Shown here: one piece after another, positions 12,474 through 26,700 of the stretch
Layout: every line of letters begins with the position of its first letter
Numbering within the stretch: the first letter of the stretch is position 1
Assembly: GCF_041956535.1 (NCBI RefSeq)
Contig: NW_027192191.1
Location: 557,267 to 621,266, forward strand
Reading direction: 5' to 3'
DNA: 64,000 nucleotides
Source: Calcarisporiella thermophila CBS 279.70
Lineage: Eukaryota > Fungi > Calcarisporiellomycota
Program-made: the position numbers and the translations under genes
Notes under the pieces: model-generated
What the model was told of the DNA's origin: nothing
Databases searched by the model: none
Seen by the model: only the letters and a program-made list of their open reading frames with translations

Positions 12474-13258
12474 GGGATACTTTCGCTCTCGTGCGAGTTT
12501 TTAAAAAGGGGGTTTCTTTTATATTTTTTTTGTCTCAATTCACATTTATGTCTTCTTTTTTCTTAATCTTTGTTGTTACTCTTTAAATTATTTTTCACAC
12601 CATCTTTTCTTGATCTTGGTCGTTTTTTTTTTTGACTATTTTCTCTCTTATTCTCCTTTTCTTTTCTCTTTCCCAGAATTTTACCAAACATATGATTGTT
12701 TTTCTTTATGCGACAAAAAATTTCTCTTTTATCTCCCACTATTTTGTTCTAGAGTATATATTTATCTTGATATTATAAACAAGAGTGGATGGATCTTCTA
12801 CAAGCGAACAATAGATAAATATCGATTTTTGCCAAGAGAACTTCTTTTGTCAGGAGGCTCAAACGCGAGGGCATTTCCACCGATCGGCACCCCTAAAGTC
12901 ATAAACGTGGATCAAGCCTTCGTGGGTTCCCGGGGAGGGAGACCTCTCTCTGCATGAGAATGAAAAATAAATATATATATTTTACTTTTCTAAAAAAAAT
13001 CGCAGAACAACGGCAGAAGGAAATGATTGGAACAAGTACATTAAATAGTTATTTTTTAAAATAAAAAACGAAGGTAATACCACAAGCCTAGACTCTGACA
13101 ATAAATAGGTTTATAAGAGACAAGCGAAAAAAAAGGAGAAAAAAAAAGAAAAAGGAAAAGCAAAGCAACAAAAAGCACATGAAACCCGAGCATACAAACA
13201 CATACTCACCCGCGCAAGTATAAATATAAATAGATGTATGTATTTTCCAGTACGGAAT

Positions 13259-16200
13259 CTAAAACACTACCACCGCATCCTCCAGGATCCGATCCAACTC
13301 CTCGTCGAGCTTGTCCAACATTCCCAGCGTCTCCCGGAAGATCTCCTTCACATCCTCTCTGACCCTGACTCCCTCTCGCTCCCGCTCTCGGGCGTCCAAC
13401 GGGTCGGATACGGTCGAAACGGGCCTTGGAGAGGTCTGGTTCTGCAGATCAATCCTCGCCGACCCACGAACAATCACCATCAGGTCCTCGAGGCCAAAGG
13501 AGTCCGAGATCAGCCAGGAATCTCGGACCGACATGCGCTTTGAGCGACGGCGCTCGCGGCGCTCCTCCGTGGCCGTCGGTGGAGGGGGCGGCTTTGTGGT
13601 CGCAGTGGCTGGTGCCTGGGATTTAGGCGCATCCTCGGGTGATTGGGGTTGAGGAGGGGGTTGAGGAGAGGGGCCAAGAATCGGGCGTTGTGCAATGTCC
13701 ATGGGCACGTCCTCTTGAGCGGCCATGGGGGTGGGGGGCAGCGGGGTAGTGGGAGGGAGGCCTGCAGGGCGATCGAACCCGCTGCCATACACTGGGGATA
13801 CCATCGATCTTGCCGAGTCATCTGCAGCACTTGCCGGCACTAGTCCGTTTTCACGGGCACCAGGGGGGGACAAGTCTGCGATGGCTTCGTCGAGTTTGGC
13901 AAGGGCATTCTGAGCGCCGGTAAGCTGCACCGTGTCCACAAACACTTTGGTTTCGACCGGAGCAGGTGGGATGAGTCCTTGCGGCGATAGCTCCGGACCT
14001 TCTTCAAGTGCCATCCTCAGTGCGTTTGCATTCGGCATATCCCGCAAACTGAGATCCATCATTTCACCCTCCATTCCAGCCAGCTCCCGCTCCATCCAGC
14101 CAGCATTTTCCTCCATCCTAGCCTCCGGGGCTGCACGCTTCTCCTCGGGAGACATCATTCTCTCCACCGCTAACCGCGGCGACTCGCCTCGGGAAACAGC
14201 AGGGCTCACCTCCATGAAGTCGGTGGGAGAATTGTCCGTCCGAGTGACAACGGGCGAGGGCGCAGTCATTTTGAGGGTGGGCGATGGTTGGCGCGGATGT
14301 TGTTGATCTTTTGACGCCTCATGGCGTGGTTGCTCTACACTGGGCGGGAGTAGCCGCTTCAATACGAACGAGGCATTCGCATGCCGCGTGCAAATGGGTG
14401 AGATGGGCTCACCCGGGCGTAGCGTGTACTCCTGCCCTCCGAGGACCACGGCTAGCTTGTAAATTTCGGTTTCTTCGTCGGCCCGGTTAGCCTGGAAATG
14501 ATCAAGTGCCTGCGCCAACACCTCCGAGGCAACGGCGTCTACTCTAATGGCCAACACTGAGTCAACACGGTCCCTTTCCGAGCCCGAGTTGGGGGCCACG
14601 GATCGTGCGCTGGGCCCATCCTCAGGAAACATAGAGATGTGGATGCGGATGACTTGGGGCGAATTATTTGTGGCGTTCACGGGTGGAGAATCCGACGCCA
14701 TGGGCGCGGTGAGAGATTGGGGAGGTGGCTGAAGAGAAGCCTGCGTAGGAGACATTGCCCTTTGAGGTGGGAGTTTCCTGTTCAGCAAAAACTTAATGCC
14801 AGCGTCGTCCTGGCTCTTCTCCCCCGGTTGCGAGGAGCGCCTTCTAAGGTTAGCATTTTGAGAGGAGCGACGATTAATAAAATATTGCATGACATCCAGG
14901 GGTCGGTCCAGCGGTTTAATGGGATACAGTTCTGGACAACAAATGAAAAAGGATTAACCTGGTCGGCATGCATTCAACGAAAAAAAAACGTAAACGGTTT
15001 GCTTACCCCCTTCTGTCGTCGCGACGCTCAGATAAAATTCCTCTGGATTCGCCGGCGATCCGTCCGCTTGTAGAACGTTGAACCGCGAGAGCGTCTGCTG
15101 CAAGAGCTCTCCTGCGGTTGTGTCGTAACTGACCAACGCTGTCTTGAAGGCAGACCCCAGGTTCATGTCTTTCCCAGCGAAAACCCGCACAACGCTTAAA
15201 CTAGAGCTGATATCCATCGGCGACAGCTCGACAGAATCTTGTCGCGAATCCAGCGCTGAGTTTGAGGACTGCGAGCTTGTGATCGAGGTCCGGTCGATGG
15301 AAATTATGTCGCTTTCTTCAGAAGCTATCGATGGAGCTGCAGACGACCTCCTCTTAAGGCCGCGTGAAAACAGGCGTTTGAAGGCATTTTCTTTGCGCGG
15401 TGGTTCCTTTTTGGCAAGGGTACTTGCACTCTTTCCATCAACGTCGCTAACGCTTATCTGAGGTCTTCGCTCTGCTGGCTGGATTCCACCGGGGCTTCTT
15501 GAGCGTTGTGGTTCCTGTTTTTGATCTAACATATTATCATAGGGGGCTGATTCATCATCTCGTGCAATAAGGGGTGTAATGTTGAGGCGTATTGTTTGCG
15601 AGTCATCAGCCAAGTCCAAGGTGGGTTTACGTTCCGGCGCCCCCGGTTGATTTTGTTGAGGCCGAAGCTCTTGTTTTTGTTGCGCCTCTGTCTGCAGCTT
15701 TGACTGCACAGGCTCTTGCTCTCTATGCTGCGATTGCCCGGCATTGTCATCTTGTTCTGACTCTTCATCAGAATCACCGCTATAATTGTCGTAGTCTTCC
15801 TCGAAATCATCCTCGAAACCTGATTCCTCACTGTCACAAACGGCCACTGGGGCAAACGACACCCCCTTTTTAGCCTTGGTGGACGGGGTATTTGGTTCAG
15901 ATCCTGCTGCTATAAGGGATGGAATTAACTCTTGCAAGAACTAAAAGCATCAACATCAAACAGGTCAGAGTATAGTTGGAGAATGAAGTGCAAGATCTAT
16001 GTTACCTGGACGTTCTTGTGCTTGTTAAGTCTCGCTAGACGTTCATAGGGAGTCTGAATTTGAAAAAGTTAGCCCCCGGCCAAGCAGAGAGATACGCAAT
16101 CCGTATTGTTCTCACCTCGATATTCTCGGCGGGTATATAGCCAATTTCCGCTGTTCGCACCACTTTTACTAGCCACCAATAGCTATTTGAATCATCTAAC

Positions 16201-16541
16201 AAGTGTAGAGTATCATTGCGCACCACTGTCACTTGTCCTTTTACTGTTGCCGGGAAAGGGTGTATTGCATACACAAGGTTGAAATCGATATCCTCGTCGG
16301 GGATGGATGGAGACGAGGGCTCATCCCCATCAAAATCAAAATCTTCCTCATCCTCATCCGAATCGGGCTGATCGGGGTCGTCGGCATCCATCACTCCATC
16401 ATAAAGGCTGTCATAGAGGCTCTCGCTCTGTGCGGAAGACATGGAGGCTTCGCTCGGGGTTGTGGAGAGACGATGCATCTGCTGATGTTTAGAATCACTT
16501 GGTGAAGTGATTTCGATTCTAAGGGGGGATGGGGCCGCCAT
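13259..16541 (-). CDS. SH3 + Ras-association-like polarity protein, Tea4/Bud14 family (multi-exon)
   Basis: SH3 LVYAIHPFPATVKGQVTV...DDSNSYWWLVKV...GYIPAENIE preceded by DEDIDFN; PP1-docking-like KKGVSF; RA-like VVRVFAGKDMNLGSAFKTALV. Confidence 0.82.
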
Positions 16542-16804
16542 TTATTGGTTATGGGAGGAAGGGAGTGATAAATATCTTGCCTCGTTCTCCCCTTTCACAT
16601 ATATGGTCCCTGTTCCTGAAAACCAGAACGGGCTGCGAGGAATAAAAAAATTAAAACTGAAACCAATGATCAGCCCATGCCTATTTAAATTAACTAGAAT
16701 CATCCATATTGGGACGGCCGATTTTGTTCATAAGATCGGAAATTCGCCTCCTCCCATTAAAGCTACTACCCTTTGTATTGTTATTGTCACTTGCATACTT
16801 CATT

Positions 16805-18215
16805 ATGGGGTCTGATTCCGCATCCCGTGACATCATTCCTGTGATTATACCCAGTGAACCCCATACTCACGCCACTTCCAATCCCTCCGATGCCATCCCC
16901 ACATCATCAACTCCCAAGCGAAAGAGCAATTTGGTCGAACTTGTAGTCTCTTGGAATGCTCGCAAGTATTCACTGTCAATCCCAATCGATTCCACGGTTG
17001 GCGAAGTGAAACTCCTTCTTTCCGAGGTCACCAGTGTTCTTCCGAAGCGGCAGAAGATAATGGGCCTGGTGAAGGGCAGATTACCGGAAGATGACGCAGT
17101 GTTGGAAAATTTGCCACTTAAATATAAGGGTTCAAAGGTGGAATTTATGATGATCGGTAAAGTGTTTTATTTAGATTCGCCTTAGTTTAGATTCGTGTTT
17201 ATTAAATCTCTGCCATCAATAAAATTAGGAACCCCGGAGGCCAACATTATCAAAGATCCGAGCGAGTGCTTGGATCTCCCTGATGTCCTCAATGATCTAG
17301 ACTGCACATATATAGATTATTTCCCTGATGATGAAGGAGCTGCGAGAGATCCAAAGAATAGGGAAAGGTTACGCTCTGCTATTGAAAAAGTAAATGTCAC
17401 ATGATTATAACTGAATTCCAAACTCCCGTGTTCATTGCCCTTTTTCGAATAGACAGAGATCCGCATCATCAACCCGCTCCGCGAGGGCAAACGTCTTCTT
17501 GTGCTCGACTTAGACTATACGATTTTCGACTGCAAATCCCCAGCCAACCACATCGGCGAGCTGGTCAGACCCGGAACGCACCTGTTCCTTGCTGCAGCCT
17601 ATGAACACTATGATATCGTCATTTGGAGCCAAACGAAGCTGAGCGCTCTTGAAGCAAAGATTACAGAGATGGGCTTATTAACAAGCCCACATTATAAAAT
17701 TGCTTTTGGTAAGAGAGACGTCGGAAGGGAACGCAAATGGTATTTATCTCAAGCCCATTTTATGCAGTGCTAGATATCACCAGCATGTTTAGTATTTCCA
17801 CGCTTAAATCCGGCAAAACTTACCGTCACCAGGTCAAGGCCCTTGAGGTGATATGGACAAAGCTGCCCCGGTATTCGGCACGCAATACCATCCATGTTGA
17901 TGACTTGTCTAGAAATTTTGCAATGAATCCCAAGTGTGGGCTCAAAATCACAGCCTTTAAAAACGGCCCACTGACTCGACACTTGGACCGCGAGCTTTTC
18001 TTTCTTGCACGCTACTTGTTGAGCATTAGTCGTGTAGAGGATTTTAGAACTCTGAACCATAAGGTACTTAAAGCTGGGCTATTATTATACTCATTTTCAT
18101 TTATTTCTACCATGCTCATGCTCTTCTAACATTCCCCCTGACACTGTAGAGATGGAAGAAATACAAAGGCATGGATGAATTTCAGGGCCTTTTAGATGGC
18201 TTTGATCCTACTTAA
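16805..18215 (+). CDS. UBLCP1: Ubiquitin-like domain-containing CTD phosphatase 1 (HAD family, proteasome phosphatase)
   Basis: N-terminal UBL (TSVLPKRQKIMGL...MMIGTPE), HAD motif VLDLDYTIFD, YDIVIWSQT, NTIHVDDLSRNFAMNP, DRELFFLARYL. Confidence 0.92.
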
Positions 18216-18596
18216 TTCATCGTTGCCAGAACATCAAACGAGTGCATATTGCCAGGGCCCGTTACTTACCCCCTACGCACGCCCCACCTAATATTTTCTA
18301 TTTATCGCATAATTTTACCTGATAATTGATTTCTTGCCCCCTTGAGGCTATATCACTTTAAGGCATTTATATCTCTGAAGTCATGTCTTTTTATATGCAC
18401 AGTTGTCCTTAACACGTCTATTTTATTGAGAATGTTGAAAATAATAAACAGATTTCCACCAATAAATAGTATTTATTACAAAATTTTATATACACAAGAT
18501 ATCAAAGTACGTAAATGAAAATAATGTCCAGGGATCGCGGTCTAATTACAGAGGAACAAGATGCAGTGCGAGGGCAACAAGCGATGTAGCGGCTCC

Positions 18597-19266
18597 TCAT
18601 TTTCTATTAAACAGCCCAAATCTGCCGGACGATCCACCAGAAGCAAGGATCGGGCTTGCATTCATATTGGTGGGTGGGGCTTCTGCCTTCTTGCTTCTCA
18701 ATAATGCAGCCAAAGCCTGTGGTGTATTGCGTGTGCCTATAGTACTATCATTAGCTGCGCAGTTGTGGTCTGAATAGAGACGATGCTTCACACAAAATGA
18801 GAGTTGACATTTCGAACACACTATAGGAACAAGTACACGAGTGCGGCAATTACGGAATGAGCAGTGATTGGATTTTTTAGATGCATTGCTACCATTGCCA
18901 TTGCCGCTGGTACTAGTTGGGCTGGAGTGGGAAGTGGGAGGACAGCCATCGGATATATGCCTATTCATCTTGATATTTGGATCTTCTCCCCTATTGATCG
19001 GAACAGGTTGATCACAAATCGGGCAGACAGGAACGCGAACATCGAAGGGTGTATACTCGGGACAGTTATGATCTAATGCTTTCCAGTGATCCTGGCTTAA
19101 TAATGGAATTATTAGGAGACATTAGAAAACTGCTCAATTGCATTACACCTGGCATTTTGAACACTTACCAGAAGCTCTGTTTGCAGTATTTACACGAATA
19201 AGGAAGAAAATCTAGTTGGTTACAATCGGAATGTGCACAATGCTTGCCAAGTTCTGGGAATTCCAT
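18597..19266 (-). CDS. AN1-type zinc finger protein (ZFAND2/AIRAP/Cuz1-like)
   Basis: MEFPELGKHCAHSDCNQLDFLPYSCKYCKQSF, middle VRVPVCPICDQPVP...MNRHISDGC, and a second AN1 finger CSFRNC...CSKCQLSFCVKHRLYSDHNC. Confidence 0.88.
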
Positions 19267-19550
19267 GAGTAAAGCTACTATGATTAAAAGTAATGCAATC
19301 AAACGATTTTTGAAACTGAAGAGAAACCGAAAAGTTGAATTAAATAAGGGGAATACACGCAAGTCCGCTGACGTTCTATTTTTTCTCCTAGGTTCTCTCG
19401 AATCTCAAATAATTATCCACCTTACAAATCTGGCCAAGATAACCGACGTGTGATTTGTCATTCCATGATTTTCTTATGACCATGTGTTAAGCTCAATTGA
19501 TAAATTCTATTGCAGATACCTTCACTCTTTGCATTTCAATAAAAATCACA

Positions 19551-20039
19551 ATGCACATTTATCCCACTCCACGTAATCCCATGCCTTTCCCCTCCGAACA
19601 AAGCTATCTATCCTCTTCTCTCTCCACACAAAACACTCTAGTAGATGATAGCTCTTGGAATACATATATATCATCTAGTTTAAATATAGAGTCAGAACCG
19701 GCAGGAATGCAATCAACCCAAACTGATTTCATGTTCAAAAAGATAGACCCAAAACGTTCAAATGCTCCAAGACGGTCGCTTCTGTCTATGATGATTCAGC
19801 AACAACAATTAGTGGCCTCTTCCAAGTATTCTTCAGACCCTTCACTTTCTCAGCGAGAACATTCGATAAAACAAAATGCTAGAAACCAGAGCTCACAATC
19901 GTCAATGCTCCCTGAGAGTGTACGTAGGAGTCTTTGGTTTGACCGCTATCACCATCAACCATTCCGGATAAAAGAGCGTCAGCGTGTGTACGAGAGCAAT
20001 ATTGTATCGATCTATCCTGCCAGTAACAGATATGGATGA
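19551..20039 (+). CDS. Small Ser-rich protein with DUF3295-like motifs
   Basis: RRSLLSMM and LPESVRRSLWFDR resemble the C-terminal motifs of fungal DUF3295 proteins; single ORF. Confidence 0.5.
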   Translation: MHIYPTPRNPMPFPSEQSYLSSSLSTQNTLVDDSSWNTYISSSLNIESEPAGMQSTQTDFMFKKIDPKRSNAPRRSLLSMMIQQQQLVASSKYSSDPSLSQREHSIKQNARNQSSQSSMLPESVRRSLWFDRYHHQPFRIKERQRVYESNIVSIYPASNRYG

Positions 20040-20547
20040 TGAAATGCAATACCTATTCTTTTTAACACGCAACTAATTCTTCCTCACCCTATTGTACTAT
20101 TGATACTCTTTTTGCATATTCGCGGTGAATAATAGATTTCATTCATCTAAAGACAATGTATTCCTACGATTATCTACCCGTTTTCTCCCATAACTTGCAT
20201 TGTTTGCATTGGATGTATATTTTGAATGATATGTATTCGATGCTACTGCCTACCAACCTGGAGGCATTTTGCTTTTTGTATGCCAAGTGCCCTTGAAAGT
20301 TGTAATTTATTGCTATCGATTGAGAGGTGTATGAATAGAAACTATACAAGAAATAAAAGAGAAAAGCTAAAATTATTTATAGGGTTTTGGGTCGAGTTAG
20401 AATTAAGAGTATATAATGTGATTTTGTGTCGGTCAGGGCTCTGACCGACACAAATATGCAAAGGCAACCCGGAGCACGGGCCAACCGTAATTAAATAAAC
20501 ATTTAAAGACACATATTTTAAAGAGGGGAAAGGAATGAAAGAGTTGA

Positions 20548-22310
20548 TTAGTGAATGTGGACCTGCTTGGCAACTGCGGGCACTCCCTTATAGAGCACAT
20601 AAATAAAATGCTTTCCTGGAGGAAAGAGGTTGGCATTTTCCGGCGCAGTAATTTTGACCTCGGCGCGCCTGCCAGAGCTAACCACCTTGTTGCGCATGAT
20701 CGTTTGTCTTTGGCTCATGTGTGTGGAATGGGTCACGAATCCCAAGTTGGCCAACACCGTCTTTAATTCCACATTTTCTGCTGGTTCTTCACCCAGGTCA
20801 AGGGTGAGTGAAAACTCCTGACCGTAGGTAATTTCGCTGGGTACAGCTTCGATGGTTGGACGCGGACGTCCAGTTCGAAGATAATCAGGCGTATAGGCAT
20901 CGACCCGGAATTCAGTCTGTGGTGAAATTCGTGAGTGTGGGTTGGAGCCTGCAGCCCAAACTCGGCCATCGGGCAAGAGCGTTGCCACCGAGTGGTATAC
21001 TCTGGGGACATCTGACGGCGCAAGGAGTGTCATGCGATTGCCCTCTGGTTTGTACGGTTCGTACAGGATGGGCGTGAACTAGAGCCATGAAAGCATTAGA
21101 CATTTAAACACCCTCAAAAACAAAACACGATTTGTCCCTACTTGAGGCTCGCGTGCATTTGAATAACCAGCAAATCCAATCTGTGCTCCATTTACAATCA
21201 TGACGTTTCCATCAGCCAGTAGAACCATGTCTGGCATAGTGCGACGGTTAGGCATTTCTTCCATGCTCCACTGCGGGTTCTCAGCCATAGGATCAATTCG
21301 AATACAAGTATTGTCGGCGGCCACTGTTCGCACCATTTCATAGGCCCCCCCGCACACGACTATTTCTACCTTGTAGTTCTTTTCTGGATCTAGTGGGAGC
21401 AACGCGCTGCTTCCAGTAAGAGGATAGGTGCGTGCCACGCCTGGTACCGTCGGAAGTGTTTTTACTGTCTGGTGCTTAATGTAGTCGTAGAGCACAGCCT
21501 GCTTATTTGAAAGTACAAACATCGTACCATCGGGCATGATGTACAACTGTGGGTAGAGATTATTGGGTATGCTCTCCCGCAAGATAGGTAGCTCGTAGTT
21601 AGGTTGTTCCCCTTGTTGGCGAGGGAAAAACTCGTAAGTTGGATTGTTGTACTGTGCGGCAACCGCCCCCTGCCCTTTGAGACTGCCACCCACTATCAAG
21701 ACACGGCCATCCGGAATGGTAATCATGGCTGGATACCACCGATTACTGCTCATCCTGAGTCCCGTCGATTCCACAAACTCGCACTTCTCATCATCACCTA
21801 TGCAACAATTATGTTGTCTCAATGAAAGTTTTCAGACAAATGATGCTGAGCAAGGACCTTACATGGATTAAAAAGACGGATGGTTTGATATCCTCTTTGG
21901 GCAGGAGTCATCGGATCCAGAATACGATTATCACCACCACCGTTTAATAGGGTGCCGTTCCCGAGGAAAGACCCTGCGCTGCAGAAACTATTGGATAATA
22001 CTCGCAGAGGTCTAACTGCGTTTGTGGTGAAGTCATACTCGGATGCCCATGCGTAAGTGCCATCACTTAGGGTTATTTCTGAAGGTTCAGCTAAGGAATC
22101 GGTGAGAGAAACCGTCCAGTTAACTCGCATTTACATCCTTCAAATAGGATACCAACCTTTGTCTATAATAACAATTTTTCGCTCTGTCGTTACTGCTGCA
22201 TGCATAGCAGGAACTCCCGAACGACCGATGAGCTCCCAAGAGCCTTGCGCGTGAGATCTTGGAGAACAAGTCGCGACGAGGGCCAGAAAGAAATATACTG
22301 TTTTTTTCAT
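20548..22310 (-). CDS. Secreted copper radical oxidase, glyoxal oxidase/AA5_1 family (multi-exon)
   Basis: Signal peptide MKKTVYFFLALVAT, SGVPAMHA, SNSFCSAG (cofactor Cys), RWYP (Tyr), PRVYHSVATLLPDGRV (Tyr-His) and FVTHS (His). Confidence 0.93.
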
Positions 22311-24112
22311 GGTTCTGTATCCAAATTTTCTATTGGAATATGCCTTTATTTTGGAAATGCTTTGAACGCCTATTCTAATTTTCTACCTCTTCTTGATGTC
22401 TAAAAAGGGGTATCTCTATTAAGAAATAAAGTGGGTAAAGTGGGGAAGCGAGGGAGAGAAAGAAATTTATAGATAAAACAAAATACTGCAATTGTGAAAG
22501 ACTGAAGAATACTTTTTTTATCATTTATAAGGATTCTTACGGAGGCGAAGCTATGATGACAATGGTTATCGGAGAGCTCGGCGATTTGGTCGGTACATTG
22601 GTAAACGCGATTCTCAGTTCCTGGATAAAACATTTACAGGTTATTTTTTTTTGTCGTATATTTTCTTGGCTCAAGGACGCAGATGTAAGCTTCTCCTTTC
22701 ACACTGAACACAAGGCTTGTTTGATTTTTTTAAATCCAAGTTTGGGAAATACGGCACTCTTGCCTATCTCCATTTGTACTCTATTGTCATGCCCGAATCC
22801 ACACAGTCATGACATATTGTCACACAGGCCACTGAGGTCGGAAATAAAGGAGTTGAAAGCTCAGATAATTTTCGGTGAAATTCCAATAAGACAAGGAAGT
22901 GGTAGCGGTGGATGTGAATACTATTAGTCAACAGGCTACTTGCCACTCTTGATCCTTGCCGTATGGCCGGCGATATTTAACCGAGGAGGTTGCGGACCAA
23001 ATTACACAAAATGCTCTAAGTTCATCATCGCAGTTTACTGGGCCCCTAATTACCAGATATCAGGAGCTGGTTTATTCCGAAAATTTAAGTAATAAGAAAT
23101 ACTTTTGGTTTTTCCATAACAATACCAACTTTAATCACCATAGTTGCATTCTTTCAAATGATCATCAGCCATTCCCCCTATCCAATCCTTGTTACTCTAG
23201 GAAAATGCCAAACTTTTGTCGGGCATATCTCCGCGATATGCACCATTGACTCAAGCCTCGGAAAAACCATGCAGTATTTCATGAATAAATGAATGACTGT
23301 ACACTCACTCTACAGAAAAGAAAAAAATATTATAACAGAAAAATATGTTTTCTTTACTTTATACTCTCGACATGTTCCAAATTTCGCTGAATATGATATA
23401 CCTCTGTTCATCTCGAGTCATAAAATTCCTACCTTAGTTTCTCGGCAACTACCGCGCACCTACAAGTAAACGAGGCTCAGCATTTTGAAAATACCCTCAG
23501 TATTGTGCCAAATAAACAGGATGAATCAGTAATGCAGACAATCAATTAGCAATCGAATTTAGTCTTTAGAAACTTGGCTATATCACCAATGCAAAACGAC
23601 ATGAGATCGCAAGCGTGATGATGAACGTGCATGCTATGGACCTCAAATGGACAAGACTTATTGCCGTTTTAACTTTGCAAAATCAACCTCGCTTCCTAGT
23701 CGAATAGCATATGATCCCTAGATGAAGTAATTAGGCTTTTTTTCAATTCAGAGTCTGGGCAGGCACAATCACTACGAACTCTAACTCTAATATTTCGAGA
23801 AACTTGGAAGGCCGAGATATTTGTATATATTAAGTAGTCTAATGGAAAGTGAAATTTTTTCGACCGAAATACCTTGGGTTATGCAGCATATGCAAAAGGG
23901 CTTGCTGCAACCCAAGCTCGGACTTGGCAGATGCGTAATAGAACAAAAACATAAAAAAAAATGTGGCATAGAGGAGGGAGACAAGACATTTATTCATTAA
24001 ACAAAAGTGCACTGGCAGCATGGATGCTGGAGATAACACATCAACCCAAGATACGTTAATTATAATTGGCAAGTAGCTTACACTCGTACAGATATGTAAG
24101 CGAAATGTTATG

Positions 24113-26700
24113 TTATTTTTTCCCTAATAGATATAAGTATGTAGAGTTAATTGCAAGCTGAATAGCTAAGCCCAGAAGTCGGCTTACCCATTTTAAACCA
24201 TTTTGGCATCTTGGGACCGGAAGAGGATGGCCTCGTCTGAGATTGTTCAGTGCGGGCAAGACGCCGCCGCCGGTCCTCCTCCTCAGCCGCTTCCTCTTTT
24301 CTCTGCCTATTCACAGCCTCTTCATCCCTTTTTTCAACATTGTCCACTGCCATAGCCATGCTCACCTCGTTTACCGCAGGCACCGGGAGATCTTCAAGCC
24401 GGGATAAATAACTCGTATTAAGATAGGACTCTTCTTCAGGGGCATTCTCTTTCCACGAGAAATATACGACGGATGCAGGGGCAAGATTGGCGTGGTATAA
24501 AGAGATAGATTCATCGGAAAGATGACGCATAGGGGGAGCAGTATCTATTTGGTATATTCATAGTGTCCTATTTTATGATTTCAATAAACGATATTTGACA
24601 CTTACAGAGTGTAAAAGCACGATTGGGGTTGCACAACGCAGACTTCACAAATTCATAGATATTTTTAACTAAATGTTATAGGAAGAATGCAGATTTAAGT
24701 CACTCATTAATAGCTGTTTAGATATAATAAATATGATTACCAGGTTCTTTCGAAAGAAATGTGGCTTGAAGCTGTATCCGGTCCGGAAAACGCACACGAA
24801 TTGCAGTCTTTGGATATTTATTCATTTTTGCTTTCTCTTCCATCTCTCGAACTGCACGAGTTTTGAAGCCTTGCCTCTCCTCCTGTATATGCCGCGCTTT
24901 CTGTATTGCCAAAATATTACGAAGTTCCGCGGGCGTAAGTTCGTAGAAGGAATCCGGGAGGTCAACTTTAAAAATAAAAATTGGAATTTGAATCGCCATA
25001 TAAAGGACCCAAAATTTGTGTTCTTACTTCTATTAGATAAAGGCACTCCGGTATCAGCAGGAGGGCGGTATACCTTGATATCGCGATCGATTCCACTTCC
25101 CTCAACATTCTGAGGCTCGTTTAGCTTCGGAGAAGGAATAGAGGTGCTACTCGGGTCAACTTCCATCGTGATAGAAGGAACAGCTGCTGGGGTTGGCGTC
25201 GGATGGGTAGAAGATGTTTTTGTTGGAACCAATGTAACCTGTTGAGGACCAGGCTGTGGCTGTGGAGCCTTAGTAGTTTGTCCTTCCTGAGTTTGCGTGG
25301 GAGAAATAGGCGGTACTTGTGAATGAGCAGGAGAAGTGGCTGGCTGTGAATGAGAAGGAGTAACATCAATTTGAGTTGACGGTGCAGCTACAGGGGCTAG
25401 TGTAATAGGCATAGCGGATGTAGGTCCGGGTGTAATTGGGGCAGCACTAGGTCGTTGCTCAGGTTGGGGTGCAGGAGGGGATGGATCTTGCAGTGAAGCA
25501 GGAGAGAAGGAGGTTTGGGATTGAGGCGGTGAAGTTTGAGGGAGCGGGGCGGTCGCTTTTTCAGAAGTACCACTGGGAGGAGCGGGCTGTTGTACTTGTT
25601 GCGGTGCGTGCGAAGCGGAAGCTTGAGGGAGAACAGGAATAGGGCCAGGCTGTGGAGGCGGGGGAGTTCGTGATTGAGAGGCATGAGAAGGGGCAGGTTC
25701 TGAAATTCTTGGCACTGGACCTGGTTGCGGAGCATCATTCTGAGTTTTTGATGATGCAGTAGAGGTAGAATTTGTTGAAGTAGGTATTGGCGCCTCTATT
25801 TCTGGCAGCATAGCTGAAAGTGTTTCGTCTATTAATCGGAACCAAAGGCGAATCGCAACACTACCCGAAGTAAGCCCAATTGATTGTAGTGTAGTGGTCT
25901 TTAAGGATTGAATAGAGCCGAACTATTGATATAACAGGCATTAATGCGGATAGTTGTATTCATTTTGAGCTGGGCCGTCTACATACCTCTTTATTAAGAA
26001 CTACACATACAGGCTGTAGATATGATGCGGGCGCCTCTTTATTTTTGAATTTATCCGCAATTTTTTTTAAGGAGTTGGGATTCTTGGGATGCTGAGCTTC
26101 TCTTCTAGTAAGGTTTAGAGCTCTAAAAAATAATACATTAAACATTCGAAAACCAAATCCAATAAGGAGTGTTATTGTCTGGATATTTAGTAAAGAAATA
26201 TACTCACCCATTGGATTGTTTCTCAAAATGTAAAAGAATATTCCAAAGTGACGCGTTGGGTGAAAATTTATCAACCAAGCGCCCACCTTCTTCCAACTGT
26301 AGAGCAATGGTGATGTCAGACACAGCTGAGATTAATAAATTGAGATTTATGTTAGAGCTTGATCAATAATTGATGATAAAGTATAACATTTCTCTTACTA
26401 TTTGATTTTGCAATGTTGATCAGCTCTAATTTTGCTCCGGCAGGTAGATTTGCAAACCTAACAGAGAGCGAAAGATCTAGTACATTTCTGTTATACCTAT
26501 ATTAATGTTTATTAATAAGATCATAGCGATTATTAAATAATTATTGATGTTGAATTTTACTTGAGTCCAAAAGCATCTGGATCCGCGTAACCTTGCTGCT
26601 TGCAAACAGTGGTCACGATCTGCTTCAAAATCATATTTGGTGTCGTTTTAACGACTTGCCTCTGGCCACGCGCGAGCAGAATAGTTACAGTTGAGGCCAT
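24113..26700 (-). CDS. UBX-domain Cdc48/p97 cofactor, TUG/ASPSCR1/Ubx4 family (multi-exon)
   Basis: N-terminal UBL (MASTVTILLARGQRQVVKTTPNM, LDLSLSVRFANLPAGAKLEL), Pro-rich linker, DLPDSFYELTPAE, KYPKTAIRVRFPDRIQLQATF and C-terminal PKWFKMGKK*. Confidence 0.88.
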
